A stretch of 64,000 bases of DNA from an uncultured Solirubrobacterales bacterium (GCA_963749285.1 CAVVMD010000002.1:1025275-1089274); one strand, 5' to 3'. Positions 8,524 through 18,995 are shown, counted from the stretch's first letter. Numbers and translations: made by a program. The notes: a model not told the origin generated them from the sequence alone.

Positions 8524-8665
8524 CCTGGGTCCGATCGCTGTCAGAGCGTTGCTCGCGGCGATCTCGTTCCCCTGTGCCGATCGGGCCGTGCCGGCGAGGG
8601 CGTGCTTCGCTATTTCTTAACCAGCGTTGAGCTGTGCCTGAGTACCGTGAGGTTGGCTACCCGGT

Positions 8666-9067
8666 ATGCCTACCCAAGCACCACATACCGTAGAGATCGG
8701 GGCGACCGAGCGAATCGACGCGATCGCCTGTCTGGATGAGCGCAATCGTCGCCGCGCGAGCGAGCCCCAGACCGCTGAGCCGGGACGCTACCTGGAGGTC
8801 CAGGGAGCGGGCGAGACGCTGCTGGTCCCGGTGGGGCGAGGCGTGATCCACATGGGACGTGGACTGTCCGCCGACCTGCACCTGGACGAGGGCTCGGTCT
8901 CGCGCCGTCATGCGATTCTCGTGCACCGCGACTCAGGCGCGCGGATCCTCGACGATCGCAGCGCCAACGGCACGTTCGTGAACGGCCGCCGCGTCACTCA
9001 GGCCGATCTGAGCAATGGCGACGTGATCGTGCTCGGCCGGGTCGTGCTGCGCTATCTGGAGCTCTGA
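8666..9067 (+). CDS. FHA domain protein
   Basis: MGR, VSRRHA and SANGTFVNG FHA motifs. Confidence 0.92.
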   Translation: MPTQAPHTVEIGATERIDAIACLDERNRRRASEPQTAEPGRYLEVQGAGETLLVPVGRGVIHMGRGLSADLHLDEGSVSRRHAILVHRDSGARILDDRSANGTFVNGRRVTQADLSNGDVIVLGRVVLRYLEL

Positions 9068-9199
9068 GCCCGCGCCGGACGTTGCTGGCGAGCCCACTGC
9101 GAATGAGGTCTCTGGTTCACGAGCGTCTCCCCGAGAGGCTGGGTGTTCCCGAGTGTCTCGATTCAAAAATTCGGTGAGGGTTTGCCGAGTGGATGGTCG

Positions 9200-9373
9200 T
9201 CAGCGACGGCGTCCGCTGGAGGAGCGACGTCCGGTTGACGGCTTCGGGGGGTAGCGCTTGCGCTCCTCCGGCGTCATTTTCCGGATCGTGAGTGAGCCGT
9301 CCTCGACTTGCTGGCGGATCTCCTCCAGTTTCGCGCGGCGCCGCTCGGCCGCACGATCTGCCTGGGTGAGCAT
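9200..9373 (-). CDS. Small basic hypothetical protein
   Basis: MLTQADRAAERRRAKLEEIRQQVEDGSLTIRKMTPEER; natural-looking helical, charged composition. Confidence 0.65.
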   Translation of the reverse strand: MLTQADRAAERRRAKLEEIRQQVEDGSLTIRKMTPEERKRYPPKPSTGRRSSSGRRR

Positions 9374-9435
9374 AGATTCAGGGTAGCGCGCTGACCGGCG
9401 CGCGCCCGCGGCGTTCAGACTAGGCTCCTCGCCGG

Positions 9436-11322
9436 TTGAGTCGCTTCTCACGTGATCTTGCTTGCATCCCGTCGGTGCGCGCCCTGCTGGTCGGTATGGC
9501 CGTGCTGTCGGGGCTGGCGTTCGCTCCGGGAGACGCGCAGGCAAGTAGGACGGCGCCCGGCTGCGTATCGCCAAAGCTGAACGTGTCCGCGGCGCTCGCC
9601 GGCGGAGCGGTGACCGTCTCGCCTGCGCCCGACACGATGGACGCCTCCTACCTCGCCCAGATCAGCTTCCTCGGCGTCCCCGTCACCGAGATCACGGACA
9701 TTGCTGTCGTCGGGTCGCACAGCGGCGCCCATGCAGGCCGACTCGCCGCCTACTCGCAGGGCGACGGAGCGAGCTTTCAGCCCAGCAAGCCGTTCTTCGG
9801 AGGGGAGGTCGTGACCGTGCACGCCGTGCTGCGTCAGGGCGCCACCACGACGCCTTTCGCCTGGCGCTTCACCGTCGCCGAGGTCGACTCCATGAGTCGC
9901 TCGCTCGAGACGCCGCCGCCCCCACCACCGCCGGCGAAGCCAAGCGAACTCCAGCACTTCGTCTCGCGTCCCGACCTGCAACCGCCGACCGTCACGGTCA
10001 GCACCAACTCGGGCTCACATGTCCCTGGCGACATCTTCCTGGCGCCCTACGCCGGCCCGGGCCAGTACGGGCCGATGATCCTCGACGGCGCCGGCGATCT
10101 AGTGTGGTTCAAGGCGATCCCAACCGGTTCCAGGGCGGCAGACCTGCGGGTTCAGGAATACGAGGGTCAGCCGGTCCTCACATGGTGGCAGGACCCCCTC
10201 GTCGCCGACGGCCGGCGCGACGCCGGGGTCGTGATCGCAGACGGCTCCTATAACGACATCGCGATCGTGCGCGCCGGCAATGGCTACCAGCCCGACCTGC
10301 ACGCGTTTGAAATCACACCGGCCGGCACCGCGCTGTTCACCGTCTACGACGCGATCCGCTGCAACCTCAGCGCCGATGGCGGCCCGGCCGACGGCGCCGT
10401 CGCCGACACCCTGTTCCAGGAGATCGACCTGCGCACCGGTCTCGTCCGCTACGAGTGGCATGCGCTCGACCACGTCGCGCTCGGGGACTCTTACATGCCG
10501 GTGGGCCACGGTGGGACATCGCTCAATCCGTGGGACTACTTCCACATCAACGCAGTCTCCGAACACGGCGCCGATCTGCTCGTCGACTCGCGCAACACGT
10601 GGGCCGCCTATGACATCGACGCTCGCACCGGCCAGGTCGCCTGGCGTCTCGGCGGCAAGCACTCGAGCTTCGCGATAGCACCGGGCGCGAGCCCCGCCTG
10701 GCAGCACGACGCCCGGGAAGAGCCCGACGGCACGATCTCGTTCTTCGACAACGGCGGCACGCCGCCGGTGCACTCGCAGTCGCGCGTGATCGTGCTCGCG
10801 CTCGACAAGCAGACGAGGACGGCCACGCTCGTCTCGAGCTTCGTCCACCCGACCCCGTTGCTGGCGGCCAGCCAGGGAGACTTCCAGCCGCTCGCCGGTG
10901 GCAACTGGTTCGCCGGCTGGGGGCAGGAACCGTTTTTCTCAGAATTCTCCCCCGAAGGCAAGGTTCTCCTCGACGCCCACCTGCCCGCTCTGTACCAGTC
11001 CTACACCGTGCTCAAGTTCCCCTGGTCGGGGCAACCGACGCAGCCGCCGGACATCGCGGCGCGGCGCGGTACGGCGCACGGTACGATCGAGGTGTACGCC
11101 AGCTGGAATGGAGCCACCCAGGTGGCCGCGTGGAAGGTGCTCGAGGGGGCGAGCGCGACGAGCTTGACGCCGGTTGCCCAGGCGCCGCGTGCCGGGTTTG
11201 AGACCGTGATCTCAAGCTCCGGCTCCGGCTCATACATCGCCGTCCAGGCGCTCGGCGCCAGCGGTCAGGTGTTGGGTATGTCCGTGCCGGTCGCGCTCAG
11301 AGTGGCACTGGCCGAGCAATAG
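9436..11322 (+). CDS. Secreted arylsulfotransferase (ASST)-family protein
   Basis: DLHAF, DYFHINAV, WQHDAR and FFDNG motifs; signal peptide; start may be ATG 9496. Confidence 0.85.
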   Translation: MSRFSRDLACIPSVRALLVGMAVLSGLAFAPGDAQASRTAPGCVSPKLNVSAALAGGAVTVSPAPDTMDASYLAQISFLGVPVTEITDIAVVGSHSGAHAGRLAAYSQGDGASFQPSKPFFGGEVVTVHAVLRQGATTTPFAWRFTVAEVDSMSRSLETPPPPPPPAKPSELQHFVSRPDLQPPTVTVSTNSGSHVPGDIFLAPYAGPGQYGPMILDGAGDLVWFKAIPTGSRAADLRVQEYEGQPVLTWWQDPLVADGRRDAGVVIADGSYNDIAIVRAGNGYQPDLHAFEITPAGTALFTVYDAIRCNLSADGGPADGAVADTLFQEIDLRTGLVRYEWHALDHVALGDSYMPVGHGGTSLNPWDYFHINAVSEHGADLLVDSRNTWAAYDIDARTGQVAWRLGGKHSSFAIAPGASPAWQHDAREEPDGTISFFDNGGTPPVHSQSRVIVLALDKQTRTATLVSSFVHPTPLLAASQGDFQPLAGGNWFAGWGQEPFFSEFSPEGKVLLDAHLPALYQSYTVLKFPWSGQPTQPPDIAARRGTAHGTIEVYASWNGATQVAAWKVLEGASATSLTPVAQAPRAGFETVISSSGSGSYIAVQALGASGQVLGMSVPVALRVALAEQ

Positions 11323-11358
11323 CGCCACTCCGCTACGCGTACGGGCGTCTAACTTGGT

Positions 11359-11868
11359 CTAACTCGCCGCTTCCTTCTCCGCTTGCTCGAGCTCGCGCTT
11401 GAACTCTTTGCTGTCCGCGTCGATCTCCTTCTCGAGCGACTTTTCAGCGCGGGTGAGCGCTTTGTCGAGCTGCTCTCCGATGCGCGACTCACCGATCACG
11501 ATCAGCGCCGCCTCTCCGCTCTCCAACAGCTCTCCGAGCTCTTTGGCGTCACCGCGCGAGATGCCCTTGCGCAGGTGCCCGCCGACGCCGCCGACCAGGC
11601 CGCCGACCGCAGCCGCTCCGACAATCGACGGGGGGAACAGAATCCCGACCGCTGCTCCGACCGCGATCCCGCCCCAGGCGCCATGCTGTGTCGGCTTCTC
11701 GTGCTTGTGGACGTGCACCTTGCCGTCGGCGTCCTTGGTGATCACCGCCACGTCATAGGTGCCGACGAGCCGCGCGGCATGAAGGTCGAGCAGGCTCTCG
11801 TAGTCGGCGATCGCGTCTGCGCTGTCGCCGTAGTTCGCTGCGTAGATGAAAACCGGTCTGTCGCTCAT
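11359..11868 (-). CDS. DUF1269-like membrane protein
   Basis: Gly-zipper GAWGGIAVGAAVGILFP; ELGELLESGEAALIV. Confidence 0.8.
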   Translation of the reverse strand: MSDRPVFIYAANYGDSADAIADYESLLDLHAARLVGTYDVAVITKDADGKVHVHKHEKPTQHGAWGGIAVGAAVGILFPPSIVGAAAVGGLVGGVGGHLRKGISRGDAKELGELLESGEAALIVIGESRIGEQLDKALTRAEKSLEKEIDADSKEFKRELEQAEKEAAS

Positions 11869-12032
11869 CTCATCTCCTGTTCTGGGGCTTGTCGAGAAGG
11901 CTTCGAAGCACGGGCTGTCGAGGTTCGAACTTGTAGCCTTTCGGTTCGAAGTCATCTTCGCAGGGACTCGATGCTTCGGTCCCCATGCCAGTTAGCGATA
12001 GATTTCGGCGTGTCGATTGACTGTGATATGAG

Positions 12033-15000
12033 ATGATTACACTGATGCGCCTACCAGTGGCCCGTGCCTTGAGCACCGCTGCGCTGCTCGCGCTCTGCGG
12101 GTTCTTGACGGCGCCGGCTGCCGCACAGGGCAACCAGCGGCGCACCGTCTCGCCGCTGCCCGCCTCCGACTACTCCGTGCGCTCGGTGTGCGCGGTGCCA
12201 GCGCCTGGGCACGCCGGCTGCCTGGCGCTGGAACTGGTGGGTCAGACGCCCGCCGCCCGCGCCCACACCCATCCGCTGGGGATGGCGCGCAGCGCTCCGC
12301 TCACGGCGAGCAAGGCTACGGAACCCTGCGAATCGCCCTCGGCCGCGGAAGGTTGCTACGGCCTGCGACCGCAGGACCTGCACAGCGCCTATGGGCTGCC
12401 CACGACGGCCTCGTCAGCCCAGACGATCGCGCTCGTCGACGCCTACGACGACCCGCATGCCGAAGCAGACCTCAAGGTCTACGACGAAGAGTTTCATCTG
12501 TCCTCGTGTACCACTGCGAATGGCTGCTTCACCAAGGTCAACGAACAAGGTCAGACCAGCCCGCTGCCCGCAACGGAAGGTGGATGGGCGGAGGAGATCT
12601 CGCTCGACATCGAGGTCGCTCATGGCACATGCCAAAATTGTCACATCCTGCTGGTGGAGGCCAGCGACTCCTCCTACACAAGCCTTGATGCGGCCGAGGA
12701 AACCGCCGTGAAACTAGGGGCTGCGGAGATCTCAAACTCGTGGTCGGGAGGGGAGCCGAGTACCGACAGCCCCGTCTTCAATCACCCCGGGATCGTGATC
12801 GCCGCTGCCGCCGGCGACGACGGCTATCTCAACTGGCAGTCCCAAGAACTGGAAACGAGGGGGTCCGTGGGCTACCCGGCCTCCTCGCCGCACGTGGTTG
12901 CGGTAGGCGGCACCCGCTTGAGCTTCACCACCGGAGGCGCTTGGGCGGGCGAGACGGTATGGAACGGTGACGGCGCCACTGGGGGCGGCTGCAGCGAACA
13001 CTTCGGAGCCCCGCCCTGGCAGCGGGGGCTGTCCGGCTGGTCTGCCGTGGGCTGTGAATCCAAACGCGCCGTAGCCGACGTATCTGCCGATGCCGATCCG
13101 TACACCGGCGTGGCGGTGTACGACTCCACCCCAGTGCAGACGGAAAGCGGAAAGAGAGTGCTTGGATGGGTTCCCATCGGCGGTACGAGCCTTGCCTCGC
13201 CACTGATCGCCTCCGCCTTCGCGCTCGGCGGAGGAGCCGGCGGCGTGGAATATCCCGCCGAGACCCTCTACGAAAACCAGCTCAAGTCACCCGCTTCGCT
13301 GCACGACGTGCAATCCGGGTCCAATGGCGAATGCTCTGAACCCTTCAACGACGAAACCGGCCTTTCCGGCTGCACAGCACTCGAAGAGGCGCAAAGCAGC
13401 TGCTCGGGCAAACCAATCTGCCTGGCCGGTCTCGGCTACGACGGCCCCTCCGGCGTGGGCACTCCCCACGGGCTCGGCGTGTTTCAGCCGTCCAGTCAGC
13501 CGATCAAGGAAACGCAGACGATCGAATTCACTTCGAGTGCGCCTGGCTCGGCCACTGTCGGTGGTCCCACCTACGCAGTGACGGCGACGGCTTCTTCGGG
13601 GCTGGCGGTGTCGTTGTCCTCGGGGACGCCTTCTGTGTGTTCGCTGTCGGGGTCGACCGTGAGCTTCCTCGCGGCGGGGACGTGCACGATCGACGCCAGC
13701 CAAGCGGGCAACTCGGAATATGACTCGGCGCCTCAAGCACAGCAGTCCTTCGTGGTGAGCAAGGGCTCGCAGCTCATAACGTTCAGCTCGAGCGCGCCGG
13801 GCGCGGCCACTGTTGGTGGTCCTACCTACACGGTGGTTGCCACAGCTTCCTCGGGGCTGCTGGTGTCCTTCTCCTCGGGGACGCCTTCTGTGTGCTCCCT
13901 CGAAGGCTCGACGGTCAGCTTCCTCGGGGCCGGGACGTGCACGATCGACGCCAATCAGGCGGGCAACTCCAAATACAAAGCCGCGCCCCAAGTTCAGCAA
14001 TCTTTTGCGGTACGCGAGCGCTCACAGGCGATCGCATTCACTTCGAGTGCGCCTGGCTCGGCCACTGTCGGTGGTCCCACCTACGCAGTGACGGCGGCGG
14101 CTTCTTCGGGGCTGGCGGTGTCGTTGTCCTCGGGGACGCCTTCTGTGTGTTCGCTGTCGGGGTCGACCGTGAGCTTCCTCGCGGCGGGGACGTGCACGAT
14201 CGACGCCAACCAAGCGGGCAACTCGGTATATGATGCCGCGCTCGAAGCGCAGCAGACCTTTGTGGTGAGCCGGCGCTCCCAGCTGATCGCATTCCTCTCG
14301 ACCGCACCGGTCTCTGCGAGTGTCGGCGAAGCCACCTATGCCGTGTCGGCGACGGCTTCCTCGGGGCTGGCGGTGGTGCTCTCTTCCACGACGCCTTCCG
14401 TGTGCTCGCTGGAAGGCTCAGCGGTGAGTTTCATCGCGCCGGGGATGTGTTCGATCAGCGCCGCGCAGCCGGGTAACGCCGAATATGACGCTGCGCCCCA
14501 GATGCAGCAGTCCTTCACGGTCAGCTCCGCGCCGGTGCTCGCCTTCACACCGCCGCTTACCTACCCATCTCCGTCTACGTCTCCGCCTACGTTTCCGTCT
14601 ACGTCTCCGGCTCCGGTTACGTCAATGCCCGCGCTGACGAGCGCGCTCATGCCCCCGTATACGCCGATGGCAGACAGCAGCTTCAGCCTGTTGGGCAACC
14701 CGAGCATCAGTCGCAGGACGGGGGCGATTGTGTTCAAGGTGTCGGTCAGTGATCCGGGCACGTTCAGCTGGCTGCTCACTTTCCCAAACAGCAAGTTCGG
14801 TGCATTCTCCGTGAGCAAGGCGAAGTGCAACACGGGTCAGGTCAGGCTCAAGGGCAAGTGCTTCCAAGCGAAGGTGGTCTTCGCCGGCGGCGGCACGACC
14901 GTCGCTGCCGCGGGCACGATGAGCTTCGTGATCAAGCCCAGGGTCTCAGCGAGGAGCGCACTCGAGGCTGCGCTCAAGCAGGACCGGGGCCTGTCTGTCA

Positions 15001-15104
15001 CAGCGACCCTGACGTTCCAATCCTCGCTGGGCGGCCTTCCCGTCTCACAAACGCGGTCGATCGTCGTCGCACTCAAGCAGACGAGCAAGAAGGGCAAAGG
15101 ATAG
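12033..15104 (+). CDS. Secreted S53 (sedolisin-like) serine peptidase with four Ig-like ~85-aa repeats
   Basis: EEISLDIE (Glu/Asp), AAAGDDG, GGTSLASP (catalytic Ser), YDGPSGVGTP; repeats Q.I.F...TC.I.A.Q.GN..Y..A; start may be 12045. Confidence 0.88.
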   Translation: MITLMRLPVARALSTAALLALCGFLTAPAAAQGNQRRTVSPLPASDYSVRSVCAVPAPGHAGCLALELVGQTPAARAHTHPLGMARSAPLTASKATEPCESPSAAEGCYGLRPQDLHSAYGLPTTASSAQTIALVDAYDDPHAEADLKVYDEEFHLSSCTTANGCFTKVNEQGQTSPLPATEGGWAEEISLDIEVAHGTCQNCHILLVEASDSSYTSLDAAEETAVKLGAAEISNSWSGGEPSTDSPVFNHPGIVIAAAAGDDGYLNWQSQELETRGSVGYPASSPHVVAVGGTRLSFTTGGAWAGETVWNGDGATGGGCSEHFGAPPWQRGLSGWSAVGCESKRAVADVSADADPYTGVAVYDSTPVQTESGKRVLGWVPIGGTSLASPLIASAFALGGGAGGVEYPAETLYENQLKSPASLHDVQSGSNGECSEPFNDETGLSGCTALEEAQSSCSGKPICLAGLGYDGPSGVGTPHGLGVFQPSSQPIKETQTIEFTSSAPGSATVGGPTYAVTATASSGLAVSLSSGTPSVCSLSGSTVSFLAAGTCTIDASQAGNSEYDSAPQAQQSFVVSKGSQLITFSSSAPGAATVGGPTYTVVATASSGLLVSFSSGTPSVCSLEGSTVSFLGAGTCTIDANQAGNSKYKAAPQVQQSFAVRERSQAIAFTSSAPGSATVGGPTYAVTAAASSGLAVSLSSGTPSVCSLSGSTVSFLAAGTCTIDANQAGNSVYDAALEAQQTFVVSRRSQLIAFLSTAPVSASVGEATYAVSATASSGLAVVLSSTTPSVCSLEGSAVSFIAPGMCSISAAQPGNAEYDAAPQMQQSFTVSSAPVLAFTPPLTYPSPSTSPPTFPSTSPAPVTSMPALTSALMPPYTPMADSSFSLLGNPSISRRTGAIVFKVSVSDPGTFSWLLTFPNSKFGAFSVSKAKCNTGQVRLKGKCFQAKVVFAGGGTTVAAAGTMSFVIKPRVSARSALEAALKQDRGLSVTATLTFQSSLGGLPVSQTRSIVVALKQTSKKGKG
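13513..14530 (+). repeat. Four ~255-bp module repeats; modules 1 and 3 nearly identical at DNA level
   Basis: TTCACTTCGAGTGCGCCTGGCTCGG... at 13527 and 14037 (510-bp offset), matching almost exactly over ~180 bp. Confidence 0.92.
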
Positions 15105-15213
15105 GGGCCCCCACCGCCGCGCGGAGCTTGGCGTGAGCGCGAACGCCGGGTTGATCCTCTCGGCGTGATCGACGAACAGGCGCCGCGACGCCGATCGTGA
15201 GAGGATCCTGCCG

Positions 15214-16287
15214 ATGAGCGATTTCCTGGTCAAGCGCGATGAGCTTCGCGAGTGCCGGATCGCCGAGTCGCAGGCGCCCGAGCTCGAGCCTGGCCAGGCG
15301 CTGCTTCGGGTCGAGCGCTTCGGGCTAACCGCGAACAACGTCACGTATGCGGTGTTGGGGCAGGCCATGTCCTACTGGGACTTCTTTCCGGCGCAGGAGG
15401 GATGGGGCCGCGTCCCGATGTGGGGCTTTGCCGAGGTGCAGCGCAGCGAGGCCCAGGGGGTCGAGCCGGGTGTGCGCCTGTACGGATATCTGCCCCCTTC
15501 CTCTCACCTCCTCGTGATGCCCACCCACGCCGGTGGGTACGGGTTCATCGACGGCTCGCCGCAGCGCGCGGCGCTGCCCTCGGCCTACCAGAGCTACCTG
15601 GCTACCGGCGCAGATCCCTTCTACCGGGCGGACACCGAGGAGCTGCAGATGCTCTTGCGTCCGCTGTTCTTCACCTCGTTTCTGATCGACGACCAGCTCT
15701 CAGACGACGGGCTGACCGCGCGCGGGCCGATCGTGATCTCGAGCGCCTCGAGCAAGACCGCGATCGCCGCGGCCTTCCTGCTGGCGCAGCGCGAGGGAGT
15801 CGAGCTCGTGGGGCTGACCTCGCCGCGGAGCGTCGAGTTCGTCGAAGGTCTCGGGATCTACGGTCGCACCGTCACTTACGATGCGATCTCCTCGCTGCAG
15901 CCCGGACCCGCCACGTTCGTCGATATCGCGGGAGACGGCAAGGTGCGCCTCGCCGTCCATTCGCACTACGGCGAGGAGCTCGTCCACAGCATGACCGTGG
16001 GAATCACGCACTGGGAGGAGCTCGGCGCCGGCGAGGGCGAGCTACCCGGCCCATCGCCGACCCTCTTCTTTGCCCCCGATCGCGTTTCCAAACGCTCCGA
16101 GGACTGGGGCCCCGCCGAGCTGCAGAGCAGGGTCGCGGATGCCTGGCACCCATTCTGCGAGTGGACGGGGGGTTGGCTCGAGGTCGTCGAGGACCGTGGA
16201 TTCGACGCGGTGCAGCGCGTCTACCTCGATGTGCTCGAGGGTCGCGTCGATCCCAAGACCGCGAACGTACTCTCGCTCGTCGATTAG
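15214..16287 (+). CDS. DUF2855-family protein (MDR-like fold)
   Basis: FGLTANNVTYA, YWDFFPA, VPMWGFAEV, PLFFTSFL and SSASSKTA motifs. Confidence 0.85.
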   Translation: MSDFLVKRDELRECRIAESQAPELEPGQALLRVERFGLTANNVTYAVLGQAMSYWDFFPAQEGWGRVPMWGFAEVQRSEAQGVEPGVRLYGYLPPSSHLLVMPTHAGGYGFIDGSPQRAALPSAYQSYLATGADPFYRADTEELQMLLRPLFFTSFLIDDQLSDDGLTARGPIVISSASSKTAIAAAFLLAQREGVELVGLTSPRSVEFVEGLGIYGRTVTYDAISSLQPGPATFVDIAGDGKVRLAVHSHYGEELVHSMTVGITHWEELGAGEGELPGPSPTLFFAPDRVSKRSEDWGPAELQSRVADAWHPFCEWTGGWLEVVEDRGFDAVQRVYLDVLEGRVDPKTANVLSLVD

Positions 16288-16303
16288 GCGGATCGGAGCA
16301 CGC

Positions 16304-17713
16304 ATGGCCAGGATCATCGTTTTGGGCGGTGGGGTGTGTGGGCTGGCGGGCGGAATGATGCTGGCGCGCGACGGGCACGAGGTCACGGTGCTCGAGCGCG
16401 ACGCGGATCCCGTGCCCGGGTCTGTCGAGGAGGCGTGGGAGAAGTGGTCGCGCGATGGCGTGACCCAGTTCCGCCTGGCCCACTTCCTGCAGCCCGCGGG
16501 CCGCGCGGTGCTGGAAGAGGAGCTCCCCGACGTCTTTGCGGCGTTCGTCTCGGCGGGAGCTGGACGCTTGGATCTGCTCGAACGGATGCCCCCCAACTTG
16601 ACTGAGGGTGGCCCGCGGGCCGGCGATGAGCGGTTCGTGACCTACACCGCCCGCCGCCCAGTCTTCGAGCAGGTCCTGGGCAAGGCGGCGCAGGACGAGC
16701 CCGGCCTTCAGGTGCGTCGGGGCGCCGTCGTGAATGAGCTGACGATCGAGGACGACAACGGGATCGCGCACGTGACCGGCGTCCGGCTGGACTCGGGCGA
16801 GACACTGCAGGCCGACCTCATGGTGGACGCGATGGGCCGGCGCTCGCAGCTGCCGCGCTGGTGCAGCGACGCCAACATCGGGACCCTGCACGAGGAGTCT
16901 GAGGACTCCGGGTTCATCTACTACGGCCGGTACTTCCGCTCAGCGGACGGGACGACGCCGCAGCCGATCGGCCCTCTGCTGGCGCCGATAGGGACCTTCT
17001 CGATTCTGACCCTCCCTTCGGATAACGGCACGTGGGCGGTGGCACTCGTCACCTCCAGCGGGGACCAACCGCTGAAGCGGATGCGCGACCCCGACCTGTG
17101 GAACTCCGTCCTGGAGGCGTGCCCGCTGCATGCGCACTGGCTCCAGGGCGAGCCGATCGGCGACCTCGAAGCGATGGGCGGGATGGTCGATCGCTACCGC
17201 CGTCCGATCTCCGACGGGCGGCCCCTGCTCACCGGCATTGCGCTGCTGGGCGACGCCTGGGCGTGCACGAACCCCTCGCTCGGTCGCGGGATATCGCTCG
17301 GGCTGTTGCACACTAAGTATCTGCGCGAGGTGGTCGGCTCGCACCTCGACGATCCATTGGAGTTCGCGCAGGCGTGGGATGCGGCTACCGAGGCGAACTT
17401 GACTCCCTGGTATCGGGAGACGGTCGAAGAGGACCGCGACCGCCTGCACGAGATCGACGCGCTGCGCAACGGCTTGGAGCCCACACCGCCGAGCGAGCGC
17501 TCGGCGGTCCTGCGGGGAGCGCTGCTCACGGCGATGCTGCACGATTCCGAGCTGTTCAGGGCCTTCCTGGCATCGCGCTCCGTCTTGACGCCGTTGAGCG
17601 AGACGTTCGCCCAAGCGGGCGTGGCCGAGCGAACCATCGAGCTGGCGGGCGAGCATGAGCGCATGGCGCTGCCGGGTCCCAGCCGCGAGGACCTGCTGAA
17701 GCTGCTCGGCTGA
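16304..17713 (+). CDS. FAD-dependent oxidoreductase/monooxygenase
   Basis: Rossmann IIVLGGGVCG...VLERD; VDAMGRRS; LLGDA..TNPSLGRG. Confidence 0.9.
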   Translation: MARIIVLGGGVCGLAGGMMLARDGHEVTVLERDADPVPGSVEEAWEKWSRDGVTQFRLAHFLQPAGRAVLEEELPDVFAAFVSAGAGRLDLLERMPPNLTEGGPRAGDERFVTYTARRPVFEQVLGKAAQDEPGLQVRRGAVVNELTIEDDNGIAHVTGVRLDSGETLQADLMVDAMGRRSQLPRWCSDANIGTLHEESEDSGFIYYGRYFRSADGTTPQPIGPLLAPIGTFSILTLPSDNGTWAVALVTSSGDQPLKRMRDPDLWNSVLEACPLHAHWLQGEPIGDLEAMGGMVDRYRRPISDGRPLLTGIALLGDAWACTNPSLGRGISLGLLHTKYLREVVGSHLDDPLEFAQAWDAATEANLTPWYRETVEEDRDRLHEIDALRNGLEPTPPSERSAVLRGALLTAMLHDSELFRAFLASRSVLTPLSETFAQAGVAERTIELAGEHERMALPGPSREDLLKLLG

Positions 17714-17740
17714 GGCTGAACCGGTCGAGACTCTCCCAGC

Positions 17741-18604
17741 ATGTCGGCCACAGGAGACCCTGGGTATGCGCTGAGCTCGTCCAGCGAGGACGAGCACGAG
17801 CGGCTGGGTCGCCAGTCCGACATGTACGCGCCGTTCACGCGCCGTCTGCTGGCGCGTGCGGGAATCGAGCCCGGGATGCGGGTCCTCGATATCGGCTGCG
17901 GGCCGGGCGACGTCAGTTTGCTTCTGTCCGAGCTGGTGGGCGCCGACGGTTCGGTGGTCGGGGTCGAGCGTGACGAGCAGGCGCTCGCGAGGGCGCGCCG
18001 GCGGACGGTCGAGTCTGACATCGCGAACGTCGAGTTCGTGCTCGGGGACTTTCGGGAGGTCGAGCTCGCCGGTGACCCGTTTGACGCGCTGGTCGGGCGG
18101 CTCGTGCTGATGTACCAGGGTGACCCGGCGGCGGCGGTGCGAGCCGCGGCACGCCACGTCCGCCCGGGTGGGGTGGTCGTGTTCGCGGAGATGTGCTTGC
18201 GCACGGGGTCGGTGGCGCCGCAGAGGTTCCTGGTGTCCTGGCCGCACACTCCGGCGTCTGAGCAGCTCAGCGAGTGGGTTGATGGCGCTTTCGGTGGGTT
18301 GAGCACGCAGCCTGACATGGGAATGCGGCTGCCGGAAACGTTTGCGCAAGCCGGCCTCGAGCCCAGCCCGGACCTCGACAGCGAAGTCGCGATTGCTGTC
18401 GGCGAGGAGGCGGTCTCCGGGGTCGTGGACCTCGCCCGCAGCTTGCTGCCCGGGATCGTGGCTGCCGGGGTGGCCACCGAAGAGGATGTGGACATCAATA
18501 CCCTCGCCGAGCGCCTGCATGCCGACACCGGACCGGTCGGACGCATCGCGTTCTGGCCGACGGTCGTCGGCGCCTTCGCGACCAAGCCCGGCGCAGCGGA
18601 ATGA
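17741..18604 (+). CDS. Class I SAM-dependent methyltransferase
   Basis: VLDIGCGPGD, FDALVGRLVL and RPGG motifs. Confidence 0.92.
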   Translation: MSATGDPGYALSSSSEDEHERLGRQSDMYAPFTRRLLARAGIEPGMRVLDIGCGPGDVSLLLSELVGADGSVVGVERDEQALARARRRTVESDIANVEFVLGDFREVELAGDPFDALVGRLVLMYQGDPAAAVRAAARHVRPGGVVVFAEMCLRTGSVAPQRFLVSWPHTPASEQLSEWVDGAFGGLSTQPDMGMRLPETFAQAGLEPSPDLDSEVAIAVGEEAVSGVVDLARSLLPGIVAAGVATEEDVDINTLAERLHADTGPVGRIAFWPTVVGAFATKPGAAE

Positions 18605-18822
18605 CCGTTGTGTGTCAGATCTCGGACCTGCCGTCGCCTCCGCGGCTGCCACTGCTGGGCAACGCGCACCAGCTCGTGCGTGCCTCCCGTCTGCATATGA
18701 CTGGGATCGACCTGCGCAACAGAGCGACGGAAGTGCGCGATGAATGCCTTGCGCTGCCCGAGATCACCAAGGCCGTGGAGGTGCTCGAGGCTTACACGAG
18801 CGAGCGAACCTCGCGGTCCTGA
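18601..18822 (+). pseudogene. Probable truncated cytochrome P450 N-terminus
   Basis: ATGA overlap with the methyltransferase; ISDLPSPPRLPLLGNAHQL resembles the Pro-rich P450 N-terminus; no heme motif, ends after 73 codons. Confidence 0.55.
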
Positions 18823-18995
18823 TCAGCTGAGGAGCTGCGCGTCGCGCCTTTCCGCGAGTCGCTCTCGGGGTCGCTCCCCGTGACCCGCTTCCTCATTGCG
18901 GGGGACATCGCCGGCTCCGCGGCTGCTCGATAGCAGGGCCCGTCGTGGCCTGGGATCGCCCTCATGCTGTGCGGGCTGGCGGCCGATAAATCGAA

